From Macrostomum hystrix (lineage: Eukaryota; Animalia; Platyhelminthes), in contig CATNEN010000039.1 in assembly GCA_950097015.1 (NCBI GenBank), positions 12,586,001 to 12,650,000 on the forward strand: DNA of 64,000 bases, given 5' to 3'. Below the pieces are notes generated by a model. It saw only the letters and a program-made list of their open reading frames with translations, did not search any database and was not told the DNA's origin. Numbering within the stretch: position 1 is the stretch's first letter; each line of letters opens with the position of its first letter. The position numbers were made by a program, and so were the translations under genes. Below, one piece after another: positions 12,901-22,694 of the stretch.

Positions 12901-15900
12901 TTTGGCGTAGATACACCTGACGAGTAAATGTGCTGTTTGAAGCAGTCAAACTGTGCCATTTGGTGTAGATACACCGGACGAGTAAATGTGCCGTTTGAAG
13001 CAGTCAAACTAGGGGCGCAAATGTGCCATTGATGCTGCTATAGGTGACGCGTTAAAGTGCATGAAGTAGCCAGCATGTTGTGAAAAAGTACATGCTTAAA
13101 GGAGGGAACACAAATTGTAAAAGGTTGCCAATATAAATTAAACATTGAAACAATCGCGCGAAGGCGTACTTGAAATTAAAACGATCTGCCGGATGCTGCC
13201 CATACATATATATTTTCTGGAAAATAGAAAACAAGAATAGCGACGAAAAAATACGCAAGTATCAAAGCTATTATGACAGTAACTGGTATGGTTAGCAGCT
13301 AGTAGCGCAATAAATAGTGTGGAAAGCAGATTATAAAATAAGAAAGAAAGCCAATTTAAACGAAAGAGGAAACAAAACCAATGGCAAAACCGAAAAAGCA
13401 AAAAGTTGAGGCTGCGAAGCAAGCAAAAGTAAGAGCAAAACAGGTAAGTAACAAACAATGAAAAAGTGAAAAAAACAGAAGCAGAACGTAGAACAAAACC
13501 CCTATACCGTTGTATTGCATGGCGTCATTGACGTCAGCCGACAGGTGATACCAGTGTGGCCTGACTCCTGGTGCTAGTCTAATTTACGATCCGGGAACTA
13601 ACCATAATAGTGTAGTTGGTTGATTATGTGGGAAGGAGCAGATTTTCAGGGGAAAACCCTATAGAGGCATGGGGAAACAGGCCACGATCGGTCCCATATA
13701 GGCCAAACAAAGTTTTTTATGCTGGAAGCAACGTACAGATCTGTCATTCCTCGTGAATGGCATTGGTCGCCTCCGACTGCACAGTGTCAGTGACACCGGT
13801 AGCCGCACCTTGTCGACGCTTCTTGACAGGCAAACGTCCGGACCGCTTTTCACGTCGACTGACGGTGATGCAGCAACGGACGTAGGCCCTTTCGACAGCC
13901 TTCATATTGGTAGCGATGTCGATTCCAGCCAGATAGTCGACAATGGCATTTAAGCGCCGCGTGTCCACTGGCAGGCGCGGCCGACCAGGCTCGGTAGCGC
14001 GACCACGCAACGACGTAACCAGCAGCTCGTCGTCGCTGAAACAACCGCGCACCATCTCGCGGACAAGCGCACTGAGGTTGGCCGGAGTCGCTGAAGCCTT
14101 GTAGACATTCACTCGCGCCGTGACCCTGGTCCGGGCGAGGTTCGACGTAAAGCCGACACCGACTGGCTGCAGAGGTGTGTTATATATAAGGATTGGAGAG
14201 CACATGAGTAACAATAAGATAGGGGCGCGATCATAAATGACGGACTATTCAGGGCTTACCGTTGCATCAAGCGTTTCGGTGTCGTCGGCCAGCATGTCGT
14301 CAAGTGTGACGGCTGGGTCGACAAGCTGGTTGAGGTGGACGTCGAGGTGCTGCGTTAGCTGCTGCTTCAGTTGTTCTAATATTGCGGCAATCAAACGCGG
14401 TTGCGCCATTTTAGCGCGGCGGAACAGGTCAGTTCGCAAGTTGTCAATGACAACCTGACTGTCATCCGCCGAAATCGAAGCATCGGACGTCGCAGCCTCA
14501 GTACAAGTTGCACCGGATGTATGCGCAGCGCACGGTTCCGTCACCGAAGCATGTGGTCCAGTCGCTTGCGTTAAAGCGAGAATGAGCTCCTCGTTCTGTT
14601 GTGTCAATTGACGCAGTTGATCACGGGCGCGTTCAAGCCGCAACTCAAGCTCCTCTCGCTCGTGTTCACTCTTTCGAAGTTCTTCCTCGATAGTTTTGTT
14701 GGCACCATCTCGCTTAGCCAGTGCGACAACATAAGACGCACACTGCGGACACGGTTTAGGCGTTGGTACCTTGGGTAAATGAGCACATGTGCGCTCATGT
14801 CGCTTGGCCTCGGCATACGACTGATATGGACCCTTCCGAATGTGAGCCTCATATCGCGACCCGCGCAGTTTGTCGTCCGCCGTGACAACAAGAACGCGAG
14901 CACCTAGACTCGACTCCGCTGCCAATGGCGCCGGAGCCGGATCGACAATGCAGTCGTGGTCGACAGCCTGGTGGTTGCCCTTGGACACGAACTGGACAAC
15001 CCAGAAGGTCTTTTTTGCCTTAGTGGTCTTGTCGGGTGCCATGTAAAATGCGCGTTGAATAGCTGAAATTGTTAATGTTCAGAGTCAGTAGTTGCATAAG
15101 TTGTCATCTATTCGTGATGAAACATGATCATTACTATAACTGAGTGGTAAAGCTCAGTAAAGTGACTAAAGTGACGAAAGGGTGATAGAAAACTGGTAAA
15201 GCTGTGGTACTGTGACGAAACATAAGCGATGCACTCGCTTTCGGTTTATTTACGTACAGTTAAATGGAAGACATACAACGATGTCGACACGAAGGTCGTA
15301 AATAGGTAATAGGTAATAGGTAACGAGAGACTGCATTCACGCATAGTTACTAGGGCGGCACTGGCAAGCAAACTCGTTTCGTTGCTAGTTATGGCCAAAG
15401 ACATTTGTCTTATATTTTTTATACATGAAGCGCCTACGCTTCCAACCTCGCTATAAATTAAGCACGAAGACTAGAGGCAACGCCTTGAACCCACACGCTC
15501 CGGACCGCCCATTTGCTTTGATAAATAAACACGCACGCTAACTTCACTGCAACTGCCTCCTTCAGCACAACAGTTATGAATATGAAAGTTGGGCACTCGG
15601 CAGTAGGCTGATGTGCGTGTCACTGACGACGCACGGTCCAGCAATAGAGGAGAAGCCAACAGAAGTCAACTCGCCATCAAACACATCGAATGGACGGACG
15701 GATAGACGACGAACATGTGCAGCGCGACAGCACTCGTCAGTGCCGGAGTACGCGACGAAAGGTGACTCATCGGGCTCGATGACTGGCACGATCCGACACT
15801 CAAAGGCCACACCCAGCGCTTCCGACGCGCTAATGGACTCGATTCTAGCGAACACGAATTTCTCCGGATCGTCGCATTTGAGTCCGACGAAACACGAAGA

Positions 15901-18900
15901 TGTTGACGTGCCGAGTCGCTGCTCGTCAAGTGTCCCGCACGGCTGAAGTATCATGCCACACGGCAGGATCACTCTTTTGTATTGTCCGGCACCTGCGTGA
16001 TAGAAGGGAATCACACGTAGACAGCCGACCGTCAAATGACGGTCATTGTTGGCCAATTTTGAGAGGGTTGGCATGCGCAGTTGATGTCGCATCTCTCTAC
16101 GACCAATGTCGAACTCGATCTGCATCACCAGCTCCTTGTCGGCCAGAGAGTTGCCGTGGACACGTGCGCGGGTTTTGCGATGTTCAGATTCGAACAATCC
16201 AGCAGACAACGAGGCAGTAGGACCCAATCGCAACACCGCAGCCGTCATATGACGACACACTGAGTGGGCGTTGTACGTCAGTGCTCGATTGGAATAGAGG
16301 ACTCCGAGGTCGCGATAGAAATGGTCCAACGTGACCTGAATCCGCGCCATGTAATTCCTGCTAGTGTTCTGGTAACTGAGCCAGAAAAGAGCGGAGGACA
16401 ACAACAAAAAATGGTTGTAGTAGTCCCTGTGCAGCGGACCATCAGCCAGAACCATGGGGCCAAATGCAAACAACCAGCAAGCAAACTCGTGGCCGCGCAT
16501 GAACTTCAGTTCCCGTAGTGAACGGGGGTGTCGCCGTTGCACACTGCTTGGCATTGTAACACGCCGCAACCTGCCGTCAATGACGTCAATTGCATTGTGC
16601 AGATTTGGCCTGGTCAAGCTTGGGTCCGGCTTCTCGTGTCTAATAAGAAACCACTGCGATAGTAACCAGCGTGCCAGTCCACTTAGTGCTTGGTGGAGGA
16701 AACATGGCGGGCAGTCGGCAATATAGTCGAACCCGATGACTCGACTGAATTCAGAGACGCCTTTAACACCGAACAGATGAAGGTCTCGCGGCGCCTTGAT
16801 ATTCGCCAGTGAAACCGTGTCCTCCAGATTTCGCAGTTCGACTTGACCCACATGACGGTCCAGCAATGCACGCACTGTTGTTTGGTCAATGGCGACTGGG
16901 TAATATCTAGCGTTGCCTCGAACATTTGCCTGGCGCTTTGTTGCAATGTAACACTTGTCACACCCGAATGTGCCATTGTACATTAACAGCTCCAGCGCTG
17001 CCTGACGCTGTGGTGCGTCCATGATGACACAGTGCACATGAAACCGCATGACAGAGTGCCGCCCCTCATTGACGTACGACACCCCATCAGTCCGAATTTT
17101 GTTCAATTGCAGCCGCAGTAGAGGAATGTAGGCAGCCGTCGGCATCTTCGTCTTGCTACCCCATAGGCCACACACAACGAGGAAGCGGGACTTGTGTGTA
17201 TCGGACACTTCGTTGACGCTCAGGTAGATGGGACACATCTCATAGCGGGATGTCTTGTACATGGCGAACCCATCTATGTTCAGCGTGTAAGTTAGGTCCG
17301 CCCTGTCGTTCAGCCGGGTACCGCATGCGCGCTTGAATTCGGCGTACTTCTCGCTGTTAGTAAAGTGAATGGTGTCGGGTTCGGCAGTCATGTCCACCGG
17401 GAAGGTGACGTGCCGAAGGAACGAGCGACATTCGAGTGCGGACTGCAGTTGTCGACCGATGTCAAACTGCCAGTACCGGTTCAAGTTGATGTCAGCGACC
17501 GCTATCCGACACTCTCGACAACCGTCTCGGGTCGCTTCAGCAGCTTCTGTGGCGGCCTTGCAGCTGCGACACACAACGTAACATTCTGTGTTGCATCCGG
17601 TAGTGTCAATGACATTATTCAGGTAATACACAGAGCGTGGGAAGTGGCTCCCGACGGGCAACAGCTCGTCCAGTAGACGCAATAAACGGTCTGTTCCTTT
17701 GCGCGTCAATGACTCGGTCTCGGCAAACTCTGTTAGCAATAGCGCCGTCTCGATGTATGTTCGACGCGCACCTGGATAGATTGGCATGTCATTGATATGC
17801 TGTGGCATCGGTCGCTCAGGTGTCGGTGGATCAGCAATGTGACATTGGTCTCGATGCTTTCGATGTTGCCTCTGAATAATTTTGCGCACCGCATCTGGTA
17901 CGACTTCTGTGTGGTTGACCTTTCGCACTTCATCTCGTAGCCTACGCGTAGGCGCCATGTGTTGACTGGAATGGGAACAACGAATACATTGTCATTTCCC
18001 GGAGTCCGTCCGTGTGAGATTGTTGAAATTGTTGTTTCTATTGTATAAACGTATATATAAACGTATATAAACATTCTCGTGACTCGTGGGTACAGAGGGT
18101 AGACAGGCAGAACTGCTCTGTCTGTGCCTACGGTCTAACTAACTCCGATCGCAACCGATCTTCGACATACAACGAAAACTCGAGCCTTTCATATAAACGC
18201 CCCTATTACAACAGTACCGCCGGATACAACAGCAATACAAGAGATATTCTGTCAACATGTAACAGTGTAGGTTTGCACTCGTTCTGTCTGATATTCGTTC
18301 AGAAAATGCACATGAACATATAACAGTCAACATGTAACATTGTAGGTTTGCATCTAGTAACACATGAGTCTACATCAGCGAGTAGTATTGCAACTCGATT
18401 GCTAGCACCGCTAGCACAATGCAGCGGTATGCGAGGCCCGCACGGAAACCGGTGTCAATGACGCCGGATATGCGGTTGCGGACACCGCCACCGCGCTTCT
18501 GCATTGACTTGTCTGCACGAGCGGCAGCCACAGAACTGCTTGCTTCCGCGAGCGCCTCCGCCAGCTCGGTTGGCAGGTTTGGAGGCTGCTCGTGCATAGC
18601 CAGGCGCCGCAGCTGTCCGCATGCCACCAGGTGATTGGCAGTCGAACGCACTGCGAAATCAAAGCAAGTAAAAGCGCAGTCAGCTTCGCGTTGCTGTTTT
18701 ATGATCCGTATGAGCTGACTGTAACGCTCCCGCCACACGACGTTGTCTATCACGCTTACGGCGGGCGGCATTACAAGGCACTGATATGGCTCCTGTCGCC
18801 GGATGTGGACACACATAGCGGCGTGGTATGGATTTTGGACGTCAACCGGCGACGGACCATTGGCAGTTGCTGGCACTTCGTGCATGGGAGAGTCACTGAC

Positions 18901-21900
18901 TCTCCCATGAGACACTTCTACATCAGCCGCAATAGCGCTTTCTCGACCTGCGTCGACGATTTCGGTCCCAGGGCCGCCAGTGGCGACGATGGACGTTGCT
19001 GGCACTCCATGCACGGGCACGGCAGGTAGACGGCTTGTGAGGTGTCGCATCGCTGGATCGTGGTTTGCATTATAATGCTCGTCACATAGCACCACGTACC
19101 TAGTGACGGTGCACGTGTGGCACAAAATAGTTGCCATTGTGTGGCATTTGCAGCACTGCATTGTTTTGTTGCACTGCAATAAATTGGATTAGTGTGGAGA
19201 TATTCAATACGAATCATGTACTCCCTAAATAAAATATTCGTTCTGTCTGATTGTCTGATCAGGCAACGGTGATGTAACCTTATTTAATCCCCAGCTTGGC
19301 CCAGCCAGTTGCCTATCTCCACAGTGTATTTTCATTTAACTGGCCTAAACCAGTCATTTAACGGCCTAGGCCGATTAGACGTAACGTCTTCCTTTTCTTT
19401 CTTTTTCTTAATGATTTCTTAATGATTTGTCTATGGCAGTACCATATGGGGGCTTCGCCCCCACACCCCCAGTGGGGGCTCTGCCCCCACACCCCCGACA
19501 TTTCGTCTATAGCCAACTATTCAGCAAAAGAGCAAAAATAACAAGCCAAGGCCGAGATAGCTCGTACTGGCAAACAAACAGTCAATTATATATTTCGTAC
19601 CAAAAATATAAGCTTTGTTTGCTATGCCTGGTGGGCACAAAGAGGACAGACAAAGACATTTACAACTGTGCAAAAGGGCATAGCTGTGGCACAACGGGCA
19701 CATTTGTTACAAGTGCGCCAAGTACGTGCCAATTGGTTTTCGTGGTCAATTAGCAATAACAATGTTAAATGTGCCAAGTGTGCCAAGAGGGACAGACATA
19801 GACATTTACAACTGTGCAAAAGGGCATAGCTGTGGCACAACTGGCACATTTGTTACAAGTGTGCCAAGTGTGCCAATTGGTTTCAATGGGCAATTATCGT
19901 ACAAAAGGTTATTTGTGCCACTTGTGCCAAACAGGACAGACATAGACATTTACAACTGTGCAAAAGGGCATAGCTGTGGCACAACTGGCACATTTGTTAC
20001 AAGTGTGCCAAGTGTGCCAATTGGTTTCAATGGGCAATTATCGTACTAAAGGTTATTTGTGCCACTTGTGCCAAACAGGACAGACAAAGACAGTTATAAC
20101 TGTGCCAAAGGGCATATTTGTGGCACAACTGGCACACTTACTGTTTTTGAGAGGACATTTATTTTCGGTCGGGCAATCACCCACATACTGCACTAATCTT
20201 AATGCTGCCCAACTATCTTTCAGGCGAAGCGGATCAATTAGAAATTGTAGGCGCCCAATCTGACGTGTTTGATGAGGGTGTGCGCGAGGAAACTAAACGG
20301 CTGATCAGTCAGAAATCAACTGCATCCAGTGACACCTCTGGGAAGGGCGGATCTGAGGATCCTGTTCAGGTAAATATTCATGCTGCCTTTGTTTATTTCC
20401 GCTAGTATGAGCGTCATCTACGATCCGTGACTCTCACCTGTGACCCACAGGTAATCAACCTGGTCAAACGCTACGCCGGCGGTTACAGTCCGGCCGTTAA
20501 TGGCGTCACCTTCGGCGCCCAGGCGGGCCAGATCTTCGGCCTACTGGGCCCGAACGGCGCAGGCAAATCCACCACCCTGTCAGTGCTGGTTGGAGAGCGC
20601 TCAGCTAGCGGCGGCCGCTGCCTGGTGAACGGACTGTCCGGCAGAGAAGCTGCCCGCCTCGGTCGCATTGGCTACTGTCCGCAGTACTCGCCTCTGCTCC
20701 CAAGCATCACCGTGCTGGAGCATCTGGAATTCTATGCCGCGGTGCGCGGCGTCCCTCAAAGCCTAATCAAGAGCCAAGCTGATTCATTGGCCGTCTCCAT
20801 GGGCCTTGGCAACTTCCGACACCTGCGCGCGGGCTACCTGTCCGGAGGTAATCGGCGTCGCCTATGTCTGGCCATCGCCCTGCTAGGCGATCCGACAGTC
20901 TTGGTCATCGACGAGGCTTCAACCGGAGTCGATCCGCAGAACAAGCGGGCCATCTGGCGCGCCGTCCGTGCTATGGCCCGTCAGGACCGGGCAGTTGTCC
21001 TCACCACGCACAGCATGGAGGAGGCTGAGGCTCTATGCTCGCGAGTTGGCATTCTGCATTCCGGCAAACTGCTGGCTTTGGGCACCACTCAGCAGCTGCG
21101 ATCAAGGTGAGAATTTTAACCTGCAAGTTTTGGGCTGGCTGCACTGTACCCTGTTGACGGGAGTGTACGTTGCTAGGGGAGTGTAGGTTGCTAGTAGTGT
21201 AGGTTGCTAGGGGAGGGTAGGTTGCTAGGGTAGTATAGGTTGCTAGCGGAGTGTTGCTAGAGAAGTATAGGTTGCTAGCGGAGTGTTGCTAGAGAAGTAT
21301 AGGTTGCTAGCGGAGTGTAGGTTGCTAGAGAAGTATAGGTTGCTAGCGGAGTGTAGGTTGCTAGGATGTGTAGGTTGCTATGAAAATGTGAGTTGCTAGT
21401 TAAGTGTAGGTCGCTGGTGGAAAATAAGGGTGTGTAGGCTGCTAGGGTAATTTTCCTTGCTTGAAAAGTAGAGATGGCGAAGGGAAATATTAGTTGCTAG
21501 GGGAGTGTACCTTGCTAGGGCAATATATATAGGTTGCTAGGCGTTTTTGGAAATGTACCTTGCTATTTGATTTGCAAGCGCTACTCTTCCGTGCTCCACA
21601 ATGATCCCATGCTCTGGTTTGCTGCATTTAATCAACACTTGCCACCAGGTACGGCAAGAACTACACCCTGGATGTGCAGCTGAAGCGTAATGACCAACTT
21701 GACGCCTCCTCCGAGCTGTCCAACCTGCTGAACACTGTGTTTATTGAGCATAAGAAACTGGAGGACTTTCTCGCCTGGTCTCGCTTCGAGGTGGCCCTGC
21801 AGACAACTCGGCAGGACGCCCTCAGCCACGCTCTGATGGCGCTTGAAAACTGCAACCTGGTTGAGTCTTTCGCTTTGTACCAAGCCTCGCTAGACCAGAT

Positions 21901-22060
21901 CTTTGTTGGCCTGCTTGACGGTAGGAGCGCCACTGTAGAAGTTGAGACGGCCCAGTCGGGCATTCAATACGCCGGCGGCCTGTTCCGCTGCATCGTTGGC
22001 TGCGGGGGAATCGGCTCGTGCGGTAGAAAGCGAGCTTCTGAGGAGGCTGCTAATGCTTGA
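946..22060 (+). CDS. ABC transporter subfamily A (ABCA5/ABCA8-like), 5' end outside the window
   Basis: Phase-consistent GT-AG exons: 946-1094, 1176-1457, 3592-4162, 4719-4903, 5128-5742, 8498-9064, 10308-10560, 11423-12301, 20224-20369, 20451-21106, 21649-22060 (TGA). NBD1 has GPNGSGKST, LSGGQ, ILLDEPSSGLDP and STQFMDEADLLADRK..GKLICAGSSLF. NBD2 has GPNGAGKST, LSGGN, VIDEASTGVDP and TTHSMEEAEALC. Two hydrophobic TMD regions; C-terminal SLDQIF motif. Confidence 0.93.
1535..1820. repeat. 35-bp intronic minisatellite (TTCGAGTTGGTCGTTAATGTACTCAGTGTTATCAG)
   Basis: About 8 tandem copies just after a duplicated splice-donor segment. Confidence 0.95.
1864..2165 (+). mobile_element. tRNA-derived SINE, family A (CORE-like central domain)
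   Basis: A box TAGCCTAGTGG, B box GGTTCAATTCC, central CTTTAGCGAGACACTTAACTCTGCATTGCTTCAGTTCACCCAGCTGTTAAATGGGTAC and a TTA-rich tail; 5 copies in the window. Confidence 0.85.
2255..2328 (-). tRNA. tRNA-Ile (anticodon GAU)
   Basis: Reverse complement GGTCGTGTAGCTCAGTTGGTTAGAGCGTCGTGCTGATAACGCGAAGGTCGAGGGTTCGAGCCCCTCCCCGACCA folds as a cloverleaf with anticodon loop CT-GAT-AA. T6 Pol III terminator 7 nt downstream; one acceptor-stem mismatch (T6:C67). Confidence 0.88.
2790..3450. repeat. 30-bp intronic minisatellite (GACCAACACAAACGCTCATAAAGAGATTGT)
   Basis: About 21 tandem copies. Confidence 0.95.
4220..4535 (+). mobile_element. tRNA-derived SINE, family A
   Basis: Same head and body as 1864-2165; (TTA)n tail at about 4500-4535. 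Confidence 0.85.
4962..5085 (+). mobile_element. SINE family A, internally deleted fragment
   Basis: GCCTAGTGGTTAAAGCGTTGGACTCACGAC...TTAGCGAGACGATTAACTCTGCATTGC. Confidence 0.7.
5780..8490. repeat. 21-bp intronic minisatellite (AATCCTAAATACCGCTACTCT) with occasional 19-bp variant units
   Basis: More than 120 copies filling the 2.75-kb intron. Confidence 0.97.
9140..10230. repeat. Pyrimidine-rich intronic minisatellite, 21-bp units changing to 18-bp units (CCCCTTYATTCCTTCCGC)
   Basis: Tandem copies visible; they generate the spurious FIPSAP ORF extension. Confidence 0.95.
10625..11385. repeat. 45-bp/30-bp intronic minisatellite (GATAATCCCCTGACACCCCAGATTCTAATCTGGATCATCCCCAGT)
   Basis: Tandem copies. 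Confidence 0.95.
12340..12616. repeat. 30-bp intronic minisatellite (CAGTATCAATCTGTCAACCTCACAGATCCT), interrupted by the transposon
   Basis: About 9 copies; the last unit stops at CTGTCA where the TIR begins. Confidence 0.9.
13744..15042 (-). CDS. Transposon-encoded coiled-coil plus C-terminal BEN-domain protein (~401 aa, 2 exons)
   Basis: Exon 1 15042-14260, GTAAG...CTGCAG intron 14259-14167, exon 2 14166-13744, phase 0. BEN-like ALVREMVRGCFSDDELLVTSLRG...LPVDTRRLNAIVDY; central heptad stretch IEEELRKSEHEREELELRLERARDQLRQLTQQNEEL. Confidence 0.8.
15574..17958 (-). CDS. CACTA/EnSpm (Transposase_21/Tnp2-like) DDE transposase, 794 aa
   Basis: LNIDGF..K.S...CPIYLSVNE (D1), IMDAPQR...YNGTFGCDKC (D2), CFLH..SG, YNAHSVCRH, FESEH (E); N-terminal CxxC...CxxC; uninterrupted ORF. 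Confidence 0.92.
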   Translation of the reverse strand: MAPTRRLRDEVRKVNHTEVVPDAVRKIIQRQHRKHRDQCHIADPPTPERPMPQHINDMPIYPGARRTYIETALLLTEFAETESLTRKGTDRLLRLLDELLPVGSHFPRSVYYLNNVIDTTGCNTECYVVCRSCKAATEAAEATRDGCRECRIAVADINLNRYWQFDIGRQLQSALECRSFLRHVTFPVDMTAEPDTIHFTNSEKYAEFKRACGTRLNDRADLTYTLNIDGFAMYKTSRYEMCPIYLSVNEVSDTHKSRFLVVCGLWGSKTKMPTAAYIPLLRLQLNKIRTDGVSYVNEGRHSVMRFHVHCVIMDAPQRQAALELLMYNGTFGCDKCYIATKRQANVRGNARYYPVAIDQTTVRALLDRHVGQVELRNLEDTVSLANIKAPRDLHLFGVKGVSEFSRVIGFDYIADCPPCFLHQALSGLARWLLSQWFLIRHEKPDPSLTRPNLHNAIDVIDGRLRRVTMPSSVQRRHPRSLRELKFMRGHEFACWLFAFGPMVLADGPLHRDYYNHFLLLSSALFWLSYQNTSRNYMARIQVTLDHFYRDLGVLYSNRALTYNAHSVCRHMTAAVLRLGPTASLSAGLFESEHRKTRARVHGNSLADKELVMQIEFDIGRREMRHQLRMPTLSKLANNDRHLTVGCLRVIPFYHAGAGQYKRVILPCGMILQPCGTLDEQRLGTSTSSCFVGLKCDDPEKFVFARIESISASEALGVAFECRIVPVIEPDESPFVAYSGTDECCRAAHVRRLSVRPFDVFDGELTSVGFSSIAGPCVVSDTHISLLPSAQLSYS
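18370..19161 (-). CDS. Transposon-encoded protein with an N-terminal B-box-like zinc finger (~263 aa)
   Basis: MQCCKCHTMATILCHTCTVTRYVVLCDEHYNANHDPAMRH fits B-box spacing (CxxC-x7-CxxC-x8-CxxH-x4-H-x5-H); ATG at 19161 preceded by an acceptor. Confidence 0.65.
   Translation of the reverse strand: MQCCKCHTMATILCHTCTVTRYVVLCDEHYNANHDPAMRHLTSRLPAVPVHGVPATSIVATGGPGTEIVDAGRESAIAADVEVSHGRVSDSPMHEVPATANGPSPVDVQNPYHAAMCVHIRRQEPYQCLVMPPAVSVIDNVVWRERYSQLIRIIKQQREADCAFTCFDFAVRSTANHLVACGQLRRLAMHEQPPNLPTELAEALAEASSSVAAARADKSMQKRGGGVRNRISGVIDTGFRAGLAYRCIVLAVLAIELQYYSLM
19620..20140. repeat. Subterminal ~144-bp tandem repeat (about 3.5 copies) of the CACTA element
   Basis: GACATTTACAACTGTGCAAAAGGGCATAGCTGTGGCACAAC recurs at 19655, 19801 and 19945, with a variant near 20090. 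Confidence 0.9.
21165..21560. repeat. Degenerate intronic repeat (GTGTAGGTTGCTAG core)
   Basis: Repeated GGTTGCTAG motif in the last ABCA intron. Confidence 0.85.
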
Positions 22061-22072
22061 GTGCTGTCAGAT

Positions 22073-22325
22073 GAGCCTGTCAAATGACTAATTATATTGA
22101 GGCCAGTGAGCCTGTCAAATGACTACTTATATTGAGGCCAGTGAGCCTGTCAAATGACTACTTATATTAAGGCCAGTGAGCCTGTCAAATGACTACTTAT
22201 ATTGAGGCCAGTGAGCCTGTCAAATGACTACTTATATTGAGGCCAATGAGCCTGTCAAATGACTACTTATATTGAGGCCAATGAGCCTGTCAAATGACTA
22301 CTTATATTGAGGCCAATGAGCCTGT
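22073..22325. repeat. 35-bp minisatellite just after the ABCA stop codon (GAGCCTGTCAAATGACTACTTATATTGAGGCCAGT)
   Basis: 7 copies. Confidence 0.95.
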
Positions 22326-22694
22326 AATATAACATCTCATTTAATCGATCTCATTAAATGCATGCCGCATGTGCAATATGTGTAATTAACATTGCCATGC
22401 ATGCTTTATAAACTACTTTATAGTCATTTTTTATTCGCTTCCACGATATTCCCTTTTTGAATCCTTGTATTATGCTACCCAGCTTCCTTTCGTATTCACC
22501 GGTTTATTAAACATTGTTTTTAGTTTTAAAAACTTTTTTATTAACTATACCCGACAATTTCAATTAACAAAATGTCGCGAAGTTTTTATTCTACTTATTT
22601 CTGTAATTTTTGTGAAACTTTTTCGTGCTTAATTATTGGGTTATATTCACTTTCCTATGTTTGTTCGTAAGCCACTTTAACAGAAAATTAATAA

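Larger units (their letters stand above)
12617..20173 (-). mobile_element. Full-length CACTA/EnSpm-type (CMC superfamily) DNA transposon, 7557 bp, three genes
   Basis: TIRs CCCGGCCGAAAATAAATGTCCT (left) and AGGACATTTATTTTCGGTCGGG (right) with 1 mismatch; 2-bp TSD CA (12615-16 and 20174-75); GTGCCA/TGGCAC-rich subterminal regions; intact Tnp2-type transposase. Confidence 0.93.

Noticed and set aside
19174-19186. CAATTTATTGCA before the B-box gene resembles the 3' end of a flatworm spliced leader as I remember it
   Set aside because: Only 12 AT-rich bases, recalled and not verified, and fully explained as a splice acceptor.
12617-20173. Viral, Maverick or horizontally acquired bacterial insert (CpG-rich, gene-dense)
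   Set aside because: Short CCC TIRs, a 2-bp TSD, Tnp2 motifs and a spliceosomal intron identify a eukaryotic CMC transposon; there is no polymerase, capsid or integrase.
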